A stretch of 48,161 nt of DNA from a bacterium (GTDB lineage: Bacteria > Verrucomicrobiota > Kiritimatiellia > RFP12 > CAIWXQ01), in NCBI GenBank assembly GCA_037144015.1, contig JBAWXQ010000001.1, forward strand, positions 1 to 48,161. The letters run 5' to 3'. The number at the start of each line of letters is the position of its first letter. The stretch's first letter is position 1. The translations under genes and the position numbers were made by a program. This document shows positions 32,054-41,596 of this stretch, in pieces. The notes under the pieces are model-generated. The model was not told where the DNA came from. It made no database searches and saw only the letters and a list, made by a program, of their open reading frames with translations.

Positions 32054-33349
32054 ATGAAGCAGATCGGCATCGGATTGCTCGGGTTCGGGACCGTGGGCGC
32101 AGGGGTCGTGGATGGCCTCCGGCGCAACCGCGAAGTCCTGGCAGACCGGCTTGGTTTTGAGCTGGTGCTGCGACGCATGGCCGACGTCGATCTCGACCGC
32201 GACCGCGGCGTGCACGTGGACCGCGGCGTGCTCACGCGCGACGCCCGCGAGGTCATCCGCGACCCGTCCGTGGACATCGTGGTGGAGCTGATCGGCGGCA
32301 CCGGCGTGGCCCGCACCCTGGTGACTGAGGCGCTGCAGGCCGGCAAGCCGGTGGTCACGGCGAACAAGAAGCTGCTGGCCGAGCATGGCGAGGAGCTCTT
32401 TGCCCTGGCGGAAGCGAAGGGCTTGGACCTCTCTTTCGGCGCCAGCGTGGGCGGCGGCATCCCGATTATCCGCGTGCTGCGCGAAGGGCTGGTCGGCAAC
32501 CGGGTGCAGCGGTTGCTGGGGATACTGAACGGCACGTGCAACTACATTCTGACGCGCATGGAGCAGGAGGGCGCGGCGTTCGACACGGTGCTCCAGGCGG
32601 CGCAGCAAGCCGGCTATGCGGAGGCCGACCCCGGGCTGGACATCGACGGGTTCGACACGGCCCACAAGGCTGTCATCCTGGCATCCCTGGCCTATGGGTT
32701 TCACGTGCCGATGTCCGGCGTGACCGTCGAGGGGATTCGCGGCCTGTCCGGCGTGGATGTGCAGTACGCGCGCGAGCTTGGCTACCGCATCAAGCTTCTG
32801 GCCGTGATCCGTCGCGATGCTGACGAGATCGAGGTGCGCGTGCACCCGACGCTCGTGCCGGTGGACCACATGCTGGCCTCCGTGAACCAGGTGTTCAACG
32901 CCGTGATGGTGCGCTGCGACCTCACCGGCGACACGCTGTACTACGGGCGCGGCGCCGGACGCGACCCCACGGCCAGCACCGTGATCGCCGACCTGGCGGA
33001 CGTGGCCCGCAGCCTGGCCTCCGGGCAGCCCCGACGCCTGTGCAGCGCGTCGCCGGGGCGCGCCCCGCGCCTCCGGCCGCTGCGCGAGATCACCTGCCAC
33101 TACTACGTGCGCCTGAACGTGCTCGACAAGCCGGGATCGCTCGGCATCTTTACGGGCATTCTCGGGAGGCACGGCGTCAGCATCTCGGCCGTGACGCAGC
33201 GCGCCGTGCAGAAGGAGGGCGGACACGTCCCCGTGGTGGTGCTGACCCACGCCGCGCGCGAGGCCGAGCTGGACGCGGCCCTGGCGGAGATCCACGCCGC
33301 GGGCGTGGTGGGTGAGCTGCCGAAAAAACTGCGGATTCTGGAGGAGTAG
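32054..33349 (+). CDS. hom: Homoserine dehydrogenase
   Basis: IGLLGFGTVGAGV, VVTANKKLLA, ASVGGGIPII, GILNGTCNYILT, and a C-terminal ACT domain. Confidence 0.95.
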   Translation: MKQIGIGLLGFGTVGAGVVDGLRRNREVLADRLGFELVLRRMADVDLDRDRGVHVDRGVLTRDAREVIRDPSVDIVVELIGGTGVARTLVTEALQAGKPVVTANKKLLAEHGEELFALAEAKGLDLSFGASVGGGIPIIRVLREGLVGNRVQRLLGILNGTCNYILTRMEQEGAAFDTVLQAAQQAGYAEADPGLDIDGFDTAHKAVILASLAYGFHVPMSGVTVEGIRGLSGVDVQYARELGYRIKLLAVIRRDADEIEVRVHPTLVPVDHMLASVNQVFNAVMVRCDLTGDTLYYGRGAGRDPTASTVIADLADVARSLASGQPRRLCSASPGRAPRLRPLREITCHYYVRLNVLDKPGSLGIFTGILGRHGVSISAVTQRAVQKEGGHVPVVVLTHAAREAELDAALAEIHAAGVVGELPKKLRILEE

Positions 33350-33355
33350 AGGAAT

Positions 33356-34723
33356 ATGTTCAAGGTGTGTAAATTCGGCGGCTCGTCCCTGGCCGACGGC
33401 GGCCAGGTCAGAAAAGTGTGTGACATTGTACTGGCGGACCCGACCCGCCGCATCGTGGTGGTCTCGGCGCCCGGCAAGCGCAGCAAGCAGGACACCAAGG
33501 TGACCGACCTGCTGATCGACTGCGCCAACCGCGCCCTGGCTGGCCAGGCGTACGAGCCGGTGCTGCAGGAGATTGTCGACCGGTTTGCGGAGATCCAGCG
33601 CACGCTCGGACTGGATGCCGGCATCGTGCCGGAGATCGAGGCTGACCTGCGGCGGCGCCTGGACGGACGGCGCGATCACGCCGGCATGTTCCTGGATGCC
33701 ATGAAGGCGGCCGGCGAGGACAACGCCGCCCGGATCACGGCGGCCGCCTTCCGCGCCCGCGGCGTGGAGGCCGAGTATGTCGACCCGCGCGATGCCGGCA
33801 TGCTGCTGACCGACGAGTTCGGCAATGCCCAGCTTCTCGACGAGTCCTACCCGAACCTGGCGCAGGCGCTCAGCACCCGCCAGGCGGTGGTGGTTTTCCC
33901 GGGCTTCTTCGGCTACACCCGCAGCGGCGCCGTGGCCACCTTCCCGCGCGGCGGATCCGACATCACCGGCGCCATCCTCGCGGCCGCGGTGAAAGCCACC
34001 GTGTACGAGAATTTCACGGACGTGGACTCCGTCTTTGCCGTGGATCCGCGGATCGTTCCCGACGTGCGCCACGCCATCGACGTGATGACCTTCCGCGAGA
34101 TGCGCGAGCTCTCCTACGCGGGGTTCGGCGTGTTCCACGACGAAGCCGTGCTGCCGGCCATCCGCGCTGGCGTACCCATCAACATCCGCAACACCAACCG
34201 CCCGGGCCAGCCCGGCACGATGGTGGTGCCGAAGCGCGAGGTCAAGCCGGGCGAGTGCGCCGTGGTGGGGATTGCCAGCGACACGGGGTTTGTGAACCTC
34301 TATGTGGACAAGTACCTCATGAACCGCGAAGTCGGCTTCTGCCGCCGTCTGCTGCAGATCCTGGAGGAGGAGGGCGTGTCCATCGAGCACATGCCCTCGG
34401 GCATCGACAACGTGTCCGTCGTGCTGCGCGAAGCACGCTTCGATGCTGCGCGCGAGCAGCGCGTGGTGGCGCGGATCAAGGCGGAGTTCGCGCCGGACAA
34501 CATGCTGGTCGAACGCGGCCACGCGCTGATCATGGTTGTGGGCGAGGGGATGCAGTATGCCGTGGGCATGGCGGCGCGCGCCACCAAGGCCCTGGCCGAC
34601 GTCCACGTGAATATCGAGATGATCAATCAGGGCGCATCCGAGATCAGCATCATGTTCGGCGTCAAGGCCTCCGACCGCGACCGCGCCGTGCAGGGGCTGT
34701 ACCGGGAATTCTTTGGCGCATAA
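33356..34723 (+). CDS. lysC: Aspartate kinase
   Basis: VCKFGGSSL, VVVSAPGK, GGSDITGAILAA, FREMRELSYAGFGVFH, and C-terminal ACT domains. Confidence 0.9.
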   Translation: MFKVCKFGGSSLADGGQVRKVCDIVLADPTRRIVVVSAPGKRSKQDTKVTDLLIDCANRALAGQAYEPVLQEIVDRFAEIQRTLGLDAGIVPEIEADLRRRLDGRRDHAGMFLDAMKAAGEDNAARITAAAFRARGVEAEYVDPRDAGMLLTDEFGNAQLLDESYPNLAQALSTRQAVVVFPGFFGYTRSGAVATFPRGGSDITGAILAAAVKATVYENFTDVDSVFAVDPRIVPDVRHAIDVMTFREMRELSYAGFGVFHDEAVLPAIRAGVPINIRNTNRPGQPGTMVVPKREVKPGECAVVGIASDTGFVNLYVDKYLMNREVGFCRRLLQILEEEGVSIEHMPSGIDNVSVVLREARFDAAREQRVVARIKAEFAPDNMLVERGHALIMVVGEGMQYAVGMAARATKALADVHVNIEMINQGASEISIMFGVKASDRDRAVQGLYREFFGA

Positions 34724-34755
34724 CCTCCGCGGCACACGTGTCGCCTATGGATCGT

Positions 34756-34981
34756 AAGGCGGGCATCAGCCCGCAACCCAACGAATGAACACGTCAAGGA
34801 CACCGAGAGCACAGAGAACAACCGAGACCACAGAGAACTGCCTGTCCACGGCTGGCGAGCCGGCCGCAGCAGCATGAATTTCTCTCTGTGCTCTCTTGCT
34901 TTCTCTGTGGCCTCTGTGTCCGTCCACTTGGATGCTCCTACATAGACGCAAGAACGTGTATGTTGACCGGAAAGGAGCTAA
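34756..34981 (+). repeat. K-family composite element, full copy K3 (~226 bp)
   Basis: Same three-module layout and orientation as K2. The arms contain a duplicated 19-mer, CA(C/A)CCGAGA(G/C)CACAGAGAA. Confidence 0.9.
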
Positions 34982-35061
34982 CTAACCTCATGTGTCGCGA
35001 CCGCAATCGTGATAATCTCTGAACCCGAGTCCAGAACCCCGAACGCAGAAACATTTTTCCC

Positions 35062-37752
35062 ATGGACAAGCACTACGATCCCAAGGCCGTGGAGGCCAAA
35101 TGGTACGCCTGGTGGGAGGCGCAGGGCTTTTTTCATGCCGACCTCGCGCAGGGCGGTGAGCCGTACTGCGTGATGATCCCGCCGCCGAATGTGACCGGCA
35201 TCCTGCACATGGGCCACGCGCTCAACAACACCGTCCAGGACATCCTGGTGCGCTGGCGCCGCATGCAGGGGCGCAACACCCTCTGGATGCCGGGCACGGA
35301 CCATGCCGGCATTGCCACGCAGAACGTGGTGGAAAAGGCGCTGCGCAAGGAGGGCTCCGGGCGGCATGAACTGGGACGCGAGGCGTTTGTCGAGCGCGTC
35401 TGGTCCTGGCGCAGGGAGTACGGCGGCACGATCGTGCGCCAGCTGCGCCAGCTCGGCGCCAGCTGCGACTGGCCGCGCGAGCGCTTCACCATGGACGAGG
35501 GGATGAGCGCGGCCGTGGCCGAAGTCTTCTGCCGCCTCTACAACGAGGGGCTGATCTACCGCGGTAACTACATCGTGAACTGGTGCCCGCGCTGCCACAC
35601 CGCGCTCTCGGACGAGGAGAGCGAGCACCAGGAGACGCAGGGGAGCCTCTGGCACATCCGCTACCCCGTGTCGGACGGCACCTTTGTGACCGTGGCCACG
35701 ACGCGCCCCGAGACCCTGCTCGGCGACACGGCCGTGGCCGTCAACCCGAAGGACGAGCGCTACGCCGGCCTGCACGGCAAGACGGTCCTGCTGCCGATCC
35801 TCGGCCGCGCGCTGCGCGTGGTGGCCGACGACTACGTGGACGCCGCGTTCGGCACGGGCGTGGTGAAGATCACCCCGGCCCACGACCCCAACGATTTTCA
35901 GGTGGCGCAACGCCACGGCCTGCCGTCCCTGAACGTGATGAACGGCGACGGCACCATGAACGAGGCCGCCGGCCCGTACGCGGGCATGGACCGGTTTGCC
36001 TGCCGCAAGAAACTCGTGGCCGACCTGGAGGCCCAGGGGCTGCTGGACAGGGTCGAGCCGCACCTGCACGCCGTGGGCCACTGCTACCGCTGCGACACCG
36101 TGGTCGAGCCGCGGCTTTCGCTGCAGTGGTTTGTGCGCATGAAGCCGCTGGCCGGCGCGGCCATTGAAGCGGTCCGCGGCGGGCAGGTGCAGTTCACCCC
36201 AAAACGCTGGGAAAAGACCTACCTCGACTGGATGGAAAACATCCGCGACTGGTGCATCTCGCGCCAGATCTGGTGGGGGCACCGCATCCCGGTCTACACC
36301 TGCGGCGGCTGCCGGCACGAATGGGCCGCGCCCGCCGCGCCGGCGTCCTGCACGAAGTGCGGCGCCGGCAGCAGCGCCATCACGCAGGATCCGGACGTGC
36401 TCGACACCTGGTTCTCCTCGTGGCTCTGGCCGTTCAGCACGCTGGGGTGGCCGCAGAAAACCGCGGAGCTGGAAAAATACTACCCGTCGCACGACCTGGT
36501 GACCGCCCCGGAGATCATCTTCTTCTGGGTGGCGCGCATGATCATGGCCGGCTGCAAGTTCATGGGCGAGCCGCCGTTCCGCAACGTGTACATCCACGGC
36601 ACGGTGCGCGACGACCGCGGCCGCAAGATGAGCAAGAGCCTCGGCAACTCCATCGACCCGCTCGACATCATCGAGCAGTACAGCGCCGACGCGCTGCGCT
36701 TCAGCATGATGATGATCACGGCCACCGGCCAGGACGTCCAGGTCAACCTGGACAAGTTCGAGATCGGCCGCAACTTCGGCACCAAGATCTGGAACGCCGC
36801 GCGCTTCCTGCAGCTGCACATGGAAAAGACGGCCGGGCTCGACTGGCGCGCGCTGGCCACCGCCGCGCCGCAGCTTGATCCGGCGCGGCTCACGGATGAC
36901 GACCGCCACCTGCTGGCCAAGGGCGATGCGGCGGTGCGCCTGCTGACCGCCCACCTGGAGCAGTTCCGCTTCCAGGACGGCGCGCGCCTCCTGTACGACT
37001 TTGTCTGGAGCGACTTCTGCGACTGGTATGTCGAGTATGCCAAGGGCGACCTCTACGGCGAAGATGCCGCGCGCCGCGAGCAGGTGCTGCGCCTGATGAC
37101 GCACGTGTTTGCAAACATCCTGAAGCTGCTCCACCCCTACATGCCGTTCCTCACCGAAGAGCTCTGGCACGCCATGGGGTACGCCACGGCGGAAGAGACC
37201 ATCCTGCTGGCGCCGTGGCCGCTGTCGCTGGCAGAGGCCGCTGCGGCCGCATATGGCCTGGGCGACGCCACCACCGCCTATGTGGAGGCCAAGCACGAGC
37301 TGATTGGCGCGGGGCGCACCCTGCGCGCCGAGTACGGCATTGCTCCGGCCAAGCTGATTCGCTACGTGATCCACACCGTGGACGCGGCCACGGCGGCGCG
37401 GTTCGAGCTCGACCGGCGTCCGCTGCTGGCGCTCCTGCGCGCCGAGGCCGTGGAGATCGTCTCCGGTGGCGAGGCCTGCGGCATGCCCGGCGCGCTGGGC
37501 AAGCTCGGCACCATCTACCTGCCGCTGGCCGGCCTGATCGACGTGCCGGCCGAGGTCACGCGCGTGCGGGGAGAGCTGTCCAAGTCTCGCGGCTTCCTGC
37601 AGGGCGTCGAGTCCAAGCTGGCCAACGAATCCTTTGTCGCCAAGGCGCCGCCGCAGGTCATCGAGCAGCAGCGTGCGAAGCGGGTGGAGCTGACGGAAAC
37701 CATCGCCCGGCTGGAGCGCCTGGAGAAGACGCTGCAGGCCGTGGGATCCTAG
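35062..37752 (+). CDS. valS: Valine-tRNA ligase
   Basis: PPPNVTGILHMGHAL (HIGH), KMSKSLGN (KMSKS), the editing domain, and a C-terminal coiled coil. Confidence 0.97.
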   Translation: MDKHYDPKAVEAKWYAWWEAQGFFHADLAQGGEPYCVMIPPPNVTGILHMGHALNNTVQDILVRWRRMQGRNTLWMPGTDHAGIATQNVVEKALRKEGSGRHELGREAFVERVWSWRREYGGTIVRQLRQLGASCDWPRERFTMDEGMSAAVAEVFCRLYNEGLIYRGNYIVNWCPRCHTALSDEESEHQETQGSLWHIRYPVSDGTFVTVATTRPETLLGDTAVAVNPKDERYAGLHGKTVLLPILGRALRVVADDYVDAAFGTGVVKITPAHDPNDFQVAQRHGLPSLNVMNGDGTMNEAAGPYAGMDRFACRKKLVADLEAQGLLDRVEPHLHAVGHCYRCDTVVEPRLSLQWFVRMKPLAGAAIEAVRGGQVQFTPKRWEKTYLDWMENIRDWCISRQIWWGHRIPVYTCGGCRHEWAAPAAPASCTKCGAGSSAITQDPDVLDTWFSSWLWPFSTLGWPQKTAELEKYYPSHDLVTAPEIIFFWVARMIMAGCKFMGEPPFRNVYIHGTVRDDRGRKMSKSLGNSIDPLDIIEQYSADALRFSMMMITATGQDVQVNLDKFEIGRNFGTKIWNAARFLQLHMEKTAGLDWRALATAAPQLDPARLTDDDRHLLAKGDAAVRLLTAHLEQFRFQDGARLLYDFVWSDFCDWYVEYAKGDLYGEDAARREQVLRLMTHVFANILKLLHPYMPFLTEELWHAMGYATAEETILLAPWPLSLAEAAAAAYGLGDATTAYVEAKHELIGAGRTLRAEYGIAPAKLIRYVIHTVDAATAARFELDRRPLLALLRAEAVEIVSGGEACGMPGALGKLGTIYLPLAGLIDVPAEVTRVRGELSKSRGFLQGVESKLANESFVAKAPPQVIEQQRAKRVELTETIARLERLEKTLQAVGS

Positions 37753-37795
37753 CAGCTTGCCGGGCGCAGCCTTTGCGCTTCAAAACTTTGTATGG
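37749..37795 (+). repeat. Family-P element, degenerate copy P6 (left arm and loop only)
   Basis: CTAGCAGCTTGCCGGGCGCAGCCTTTGCGCTTCAAAACTTTGTATGGAG. The CTAG holds the valS TAG. The right arm is missing. Confidence 0.75.
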
Positions 37796-38538
37796 AGGGC
37801 TCGACGATGTCTGCATCAGACCACGCAAGCGTACACGGATCGCCCGGGGAAGGGGCGCGGATGGCGGGCATTGCCCGCGCGATCTTCCCGCTGCTGGTGG
37901 CGCTGTTCTGCATCGGCTATGTGGCCGGTGCCGCCTCCGGCGCCACCATCAGCGGCTGGGCCGCGGGCACGATTCTGCTGCTGGCCGGCGTGCTGCTGCT
38001 GCTGGGCGCCACGTCCGGATCCCGGCGGATCGCGGCGTTTTTCACGGGCGCGGCCGGCGAGGAGATTGTGGCGCGCGAGCTCGCGCGCCTGCCGGCCGGC
38101 TACCACGTGTTTCATTCGCTGGACGCGGGCGGCGGCTTGCTCATGTGGCGCGGCGGTGACATTGACCATGTGGTCGTCGGGCCCACCGGCGTGTTTGCCG
38201 TTGAGACCAAGAACTGGCGCGGCCCGGTGACGCTGGCGGATGGGCGCCTGCTGCTGGCGGGCGCGGCGCCGCGCCGCGAGCCGCTGGCGCAGGTGCGGCA
38301 GGCGGTTTCGGCGCTGCAGGTGCGGCTGGGGCGCGCAGGCATCTACCATGTGGACGTGGTGCCCGTGGTCTGCTTTGCCAGCGATTGCCTTGCCGCGGCC
38401 AGCCAGGCCGACGGCGAGGCCGTGGTCTGCAACGCCGCCTCGCTGCTGGATGTGCTGACGGATGAACGCCGGCGCGCCGGCGCGCGGGTGGATGTGGCGG
38501 GTGTGGCCAGCGCGTTGAGCTCGACCCGCGCCGGATGA
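37792..38538 (+). CDS. NERD-domain protein with two N-terminal TM helices
   Basis: TMs IFPLLVALFCIGYVAGAA and AAGTILLLAGVLLLLGA. NERD core GEEIVARELARL...GGDIDHVVVGPTGVFAVETKNW. Alternative start at 37807. Confidence 0.7.
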   Translation: MEGSTMSASDHASVHGSPGEGARMAGIARAIFPLLVALFCIGYVAGAASGATISGWAAGTILLLAGVLLLLGATSGSRRIAAFFTGAAGEEIVARELARLPAGYHVFHSLDAGGGLLMWRGGDIDHVVVGPTGVFAVETKNWRGPVTLADGRLLLAGAAPRREPLAQVRQAVSALQVRLGRAGIYHVDVVPVVCFASDCLAAASQADGEAVVCNAASLLDVLTDERRRAGARVDVAGVASALSSTRAG

Positions 38539-40724
38539 TCTCCAGGAATACCATGAATGTAATTCGATGCCTGCTGACCCTGCTCCTCGCGGCCGCACCG
38601 GCCTTCGCCGGGCTCGCAAACCTTGCTCCGAACTCGCGCGACGGGCAGGTGGCGAAGCAGCTGGCCCGCATGCTGCCCGTGGTGCACCTGCTCCAGTCGC
38701 CGCTGGATGAGGAGATGTCCGCGCGCGCCTGGACCAACTTCCTGAACACGCTGGACTTCGACCACAGCTGTCTGCTGCAGCCGGACATCGACCGATTTGC
38801 CGCCAGCCGCAGCGGCATCGGCGATGCGCTGCGGCGCGGCGACGTGCAGTTCGCCTACGATGTGTTCAACGTCTACCGCCAGCGCGTCCAGGAGCGCGCC
38901 ACGTTTGTCACCAACATGCTGGCGCAGAAAATTGACCTGTCCGTGAATGAAAGCTACCAGTGGAAGCGCAAGGACGCGCCCTGGCCCCGGGACCGCGCCG
39001 AGCAGGATGAGCTCTGGCGCCGGCGGGTCAAGAACGAATATCTGGGGTATGTCGTGGCGCGCGAGATCGATGCCGCCCGCGCCACCAACCAGAGCCTGAC
39101 CGCCTCCGGCGCGGTCACCGGCGCCGTGACGGCGGTGGCGACCGCCGCCGCCACCAACGGCGCCGCACACGCGCCGCCGCCGCCGCCGACCGCCGAAGAG
39201 TTTGTGCGCAAGCGCTACGAGCAGTTCCTGCTGGTGCTGCAGGACGCGGACTCCGAGTTCGTGCTGGCGCGCTACCTGGGCGCGGTGGCCAGCGCCTACG
39301 ATCCCCATTCCGAATACATGTCGCCGGCGCGGATGGAGGACTTCAACATCGACATGAGCCTTTCGCTGTGCGGCATTGGCGCGCAGCTTCGCTCGGAGGA
39401 CGGCACCGCCAAGATCGAGGAGATGATCCCGGGCGGCCCGGCCGCGCGCGACACGCGCGACATCCGCCTGCGCCCCGGCGACAAAATTATTGGCGTGGCC
39501 CAGGGCAGCGGGCCGATCGAAAGCGTGCTGCACATGCCGCTGAACCAGGCCGTGCGCAAGATCCGCGGCGCCAAGGACACGAAGGTGGTGCTCAATGTCA
39601 TCTCTGCCAGCGACCCGAGCGGCGCCAGCACCCGGCTCGTGGACCTGATTCGCGACGAGGTGAAGCTGGAGGAGCAGGCGGCCACCGGGCGCGTGGAGCG
39701 CGTCACGCTGCCGGACGGCCGCGAGCGGAAGCTGGGGGTCGTGCGGCTGCCGGCATTCTACGGCACCATGCAGCAGCGCCCCGGCACGCCCGGCTACCGC
39801 AGCGCCGCCGCGGATGTCATGCGCATCCTGGGGCGCCTGAACGCCGAGCACGTGGAGGGCCTGGTGCTCGACCTGCGCAACAACGGCGGCGGTTCGCTGC
39901 GCGAGGCGGTCGAGCTGGCCGGCGCGTTCATTCGCAGCGGGCCAGTGGTGCAGGTGCGCGAAGTGCGGCAGGTGCACCTGCTGCCGATCCCGGACACGGA
40001 CCCGGCCGTGGCGTTCCGCCGCCCCATGGTGGTGCTGATCAACCGCATCAGCGCCTCGGCGTCGGAAATCGTGGCCGGCGCGCTGCAGGATTACGGCCGC
40101 GTCGTGACCGTCGGCGACCCCCAGACGCATGGCAAGGGCTCGGTTCAGACCATCCTGCCGCTGGGCGACGAGAAGCTCGGGCAGCTGAAGGTGACCACGG
40201 CGAATTACTACCGCATCAGCGGGCTGTCCACGCAGCTGCGCGGCGTCCGCCCGGACATCGTCATCCCCTCGGTCTTCGACACCCTGGACCTGGGCGAGGA
40301 CAAGCTCCCCAATGCCATGCCGTGGACCTGCGTTCCGGCATCGCAGTATGCGCAGGTCTGGGATCTCTCGCGGTGGCTCCCTGCGCTGCGGTCGCGATCG
40401 GCGGAGCGCCTGTCGAAAAGCCCCCGCTATGCCAGCTATTGCAAGCTCGTGCAGCATCTGCGCGAGCTCAACGAGCGCACGTCCGTGCCGCTGGAAAAGA
40501 AGGCCCGCCTGCAGCTGGCAGCCACGGAGCGTGAAATTCAGAAGCTGCAGAACGAGGAGGTCAAGGTTGCCGACGAGAAGGGCCCGAAGGAAGACCTGAT
40601 GATGGACGAGTCGCTGCGCATCCTGGCCGACCTGATCGAGGTCAGCGGCGGCGCCGAGATGCCGTGGGAGAACAAGGAAGACCTGCGCCTGCAGATGCTG
40701 CGGATGTTCGGGATCGGGCTGTAA
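38535..40724 (+). CDS. prc: Tail-specific (C-terminal processing) protease, S41 family
   Basis: Signal peptide, PDZ region GIGAQLRSEDGTAKIEEMIPGGPAARD, catalytic region DLRNNGGGSL and SASASEIVAGAL...GKG. Alternative start at 38553. Confidence 0.9.
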   Translation: MISRNTMNVIRCLLTLLLAAAPAFAGLANLAPNSRDGQVAKQLARMLPVVHLLQSPLDEEMSARAWTNFLNTLDFDHSCLLQPDIDRFAASRSGIGDALRRGDVQFAYDVFNVYRQRVQERATFVTNMLAQKIDLSVNESYQWKRKDAPWPRDRAEQDELWRRRVKNEYLGYVVAREIDAARATNQSLTASGAVTGAVTAVATAAATNGAAHAPPPPPTAEEFVRKRYEQFLLVLQDADSEFVLARYLGAVASAYDPHSEYMSPARMEDFNIDMSLSLCGIGAQLRSEDGTAKIEEMIPGGPAARDTRDIRLRPGDKIIGVAQGSGPIESVLHMPLNQAVRKIRGAKDTKVVLNVISASDPSGASTRLVDLIRDEVKLEEQAATGRVERVTLPDGRERKLGVVRLPAFYGTMQQRPGTPGYRSAAADVMRILGRLNAEHVEGLVLDLRNNGGGSLREAVELAGAFIRSGPVVQVREVRQVHLLPIPDTDPAVAFRRPMVVLINRISASASEIVAGALQDYGRVVTVGDPQTHGKGSVQTILPLGDEKLGQLKVTTANYYRISGLSTQLRGVRPDIVIPSVFDTLDLGEDKLPNAMPWTCVPASQYAQVWDLSRWLPALRSRSAERLSKSPRYASYCKLVQHLRELNERTSVPLEKKARLQLAATEREIQKLQNEEVKVADEKGPKEDLMMDESLRILADLIEVSGGAEMPWENKEDLRLQMLRMFGIGL

Positions 40725-40725
40725 A

Positions 40726-40740
40726 TTTCCGTTCCGGAAA
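40726..40740 (+). other. Short hairpin 1 nt after the prc stop (TTTCCG-TTC-CGGAAA)
   Basis: 6-bp stem sharing its core with the hairpins at 18866 and 23338. Confidence 0.5.
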
Positions 40741-40759
40741 AAGCGCTTGGGGGTGTGGC

Positions 40760-41596
40760 ATGAAGCTGGATTTTGTCAAGATGCACGGGGCCGGCAATGA
40801 TTTTGTCATGCTGGACGACCGCGCCGGGACGGTTCCCTGGCAGGATCACTTCCTGATGGCCGCCCTGGCCACCCGGCGCACCGGCATCGGGAGCGAAGGC
40901 GTGGTTCTGGTGCAGCCGTCGACGCGCGCCGACTTTCGCATGCGCTTTCTGAATCCCGACGGCGCCGAGGCGGAGATGTGCGGCAACGCCGCGCGCTGCG
41001 TGGCTGCCTTTGCCCACGCCATTGGCGCGGCGGGCCGAACCATGACCATGGAAACCCTGTGCGGGCTGATGGACGCGGAGCTTACTGATCAGGGTGTGCG
41101 CGTCTGGATGCCCGAGCCGGACAAGCGGCGGTACAACCTGTCGGTGCCGCTCGGCGCCACGTTCGTCAGCGGGCATTTCATCAACACGGGCGTGCCGCAC
41201 CTGGTCGTGCCGGTGGCGGAGATCGGCGGCGTTGACGTGGCGCGCGACGGCCGCGCCCTGCGGCGCCATCACCTGTTCATGCCCGATGGCGCGAACGTGA
41301 ACTTTGTCATGTGGCGGGCGCCGGACCGCATGAGCGTGCGGACCTATGAGCGCGGCGTGGAGGCGGAAACGGGCGCCTGCGGCACCGGCGCCGTGGCCTG
41401 CGCCGTGGCGGCCGTGGAAACCGCCGGGTTCCGCCTGCCCGTGCGGGTCCGCACCACCGCCGGCTATGAACTGCTCGTGGATGGCGACTGGCGTGACGGC
41501 AAGTGCACCGGGCTGACCCTGACCGGTCCGGCCAGGGAAGTGTACCGCGGCGTGATTGACCTCGATACGCTGGAAATGGGCGATGCGATCGAGTGA
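40760..41596 (+). CDS. dapF: Diaminopimelate epimerase
   Basis: FVKMHGAGNDFVMLD, NPDGAEAEMCGNAARC and ERGVEAETGACGTGAVA (two catalytic Cys). Confidence 0.95.
   Translation: MKLDFVKMHGAGNDFVMLDDRAGTVPWQDHFLMAALATRRTGIGSEGVVLVQPSTRADFRMRFLNPDGAEAEMCGNAARCVAAFAHAIGAAGRTMTMETLCGLMDAELTDQGVRVWMPEPDKRRYNLSVPLGATFVSGHFINTGVPHLVVPVAEIGGVDVARDGRALRRHHLFMPDGANVNFVMWRAPDRMSVRTYERGVEAETGACGTGAVACAVAAVETAGFRLPVRVRTTAGYELLVDGDWRDGKCTGLTLTGPAREVYRGVIDLDTLEMGDAIE

Noticed and set aside
32003-34735. 910-aa ORF on the minus strand spanning hom and lysC
   Set aside because: Antisense to two genes with unmistakable family motifs. Its product is Arg/Ala/Gly/His-rich with no recognisable domain and crosses an intergenic gap. 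Typical shadow ORF of GC-rich DNA.
34978-37374. 798-aa minus-strand ORF
   Set aside because: Antisense to valS (HIGH and KMSKS motifs on the plus strand). No motifs of its own.
38343-40457. 704-aa minus-strand ORF
   Set aside because: Antisense to the NERD gene and prc. Low-complexity Arg/Ala/Gly composition.
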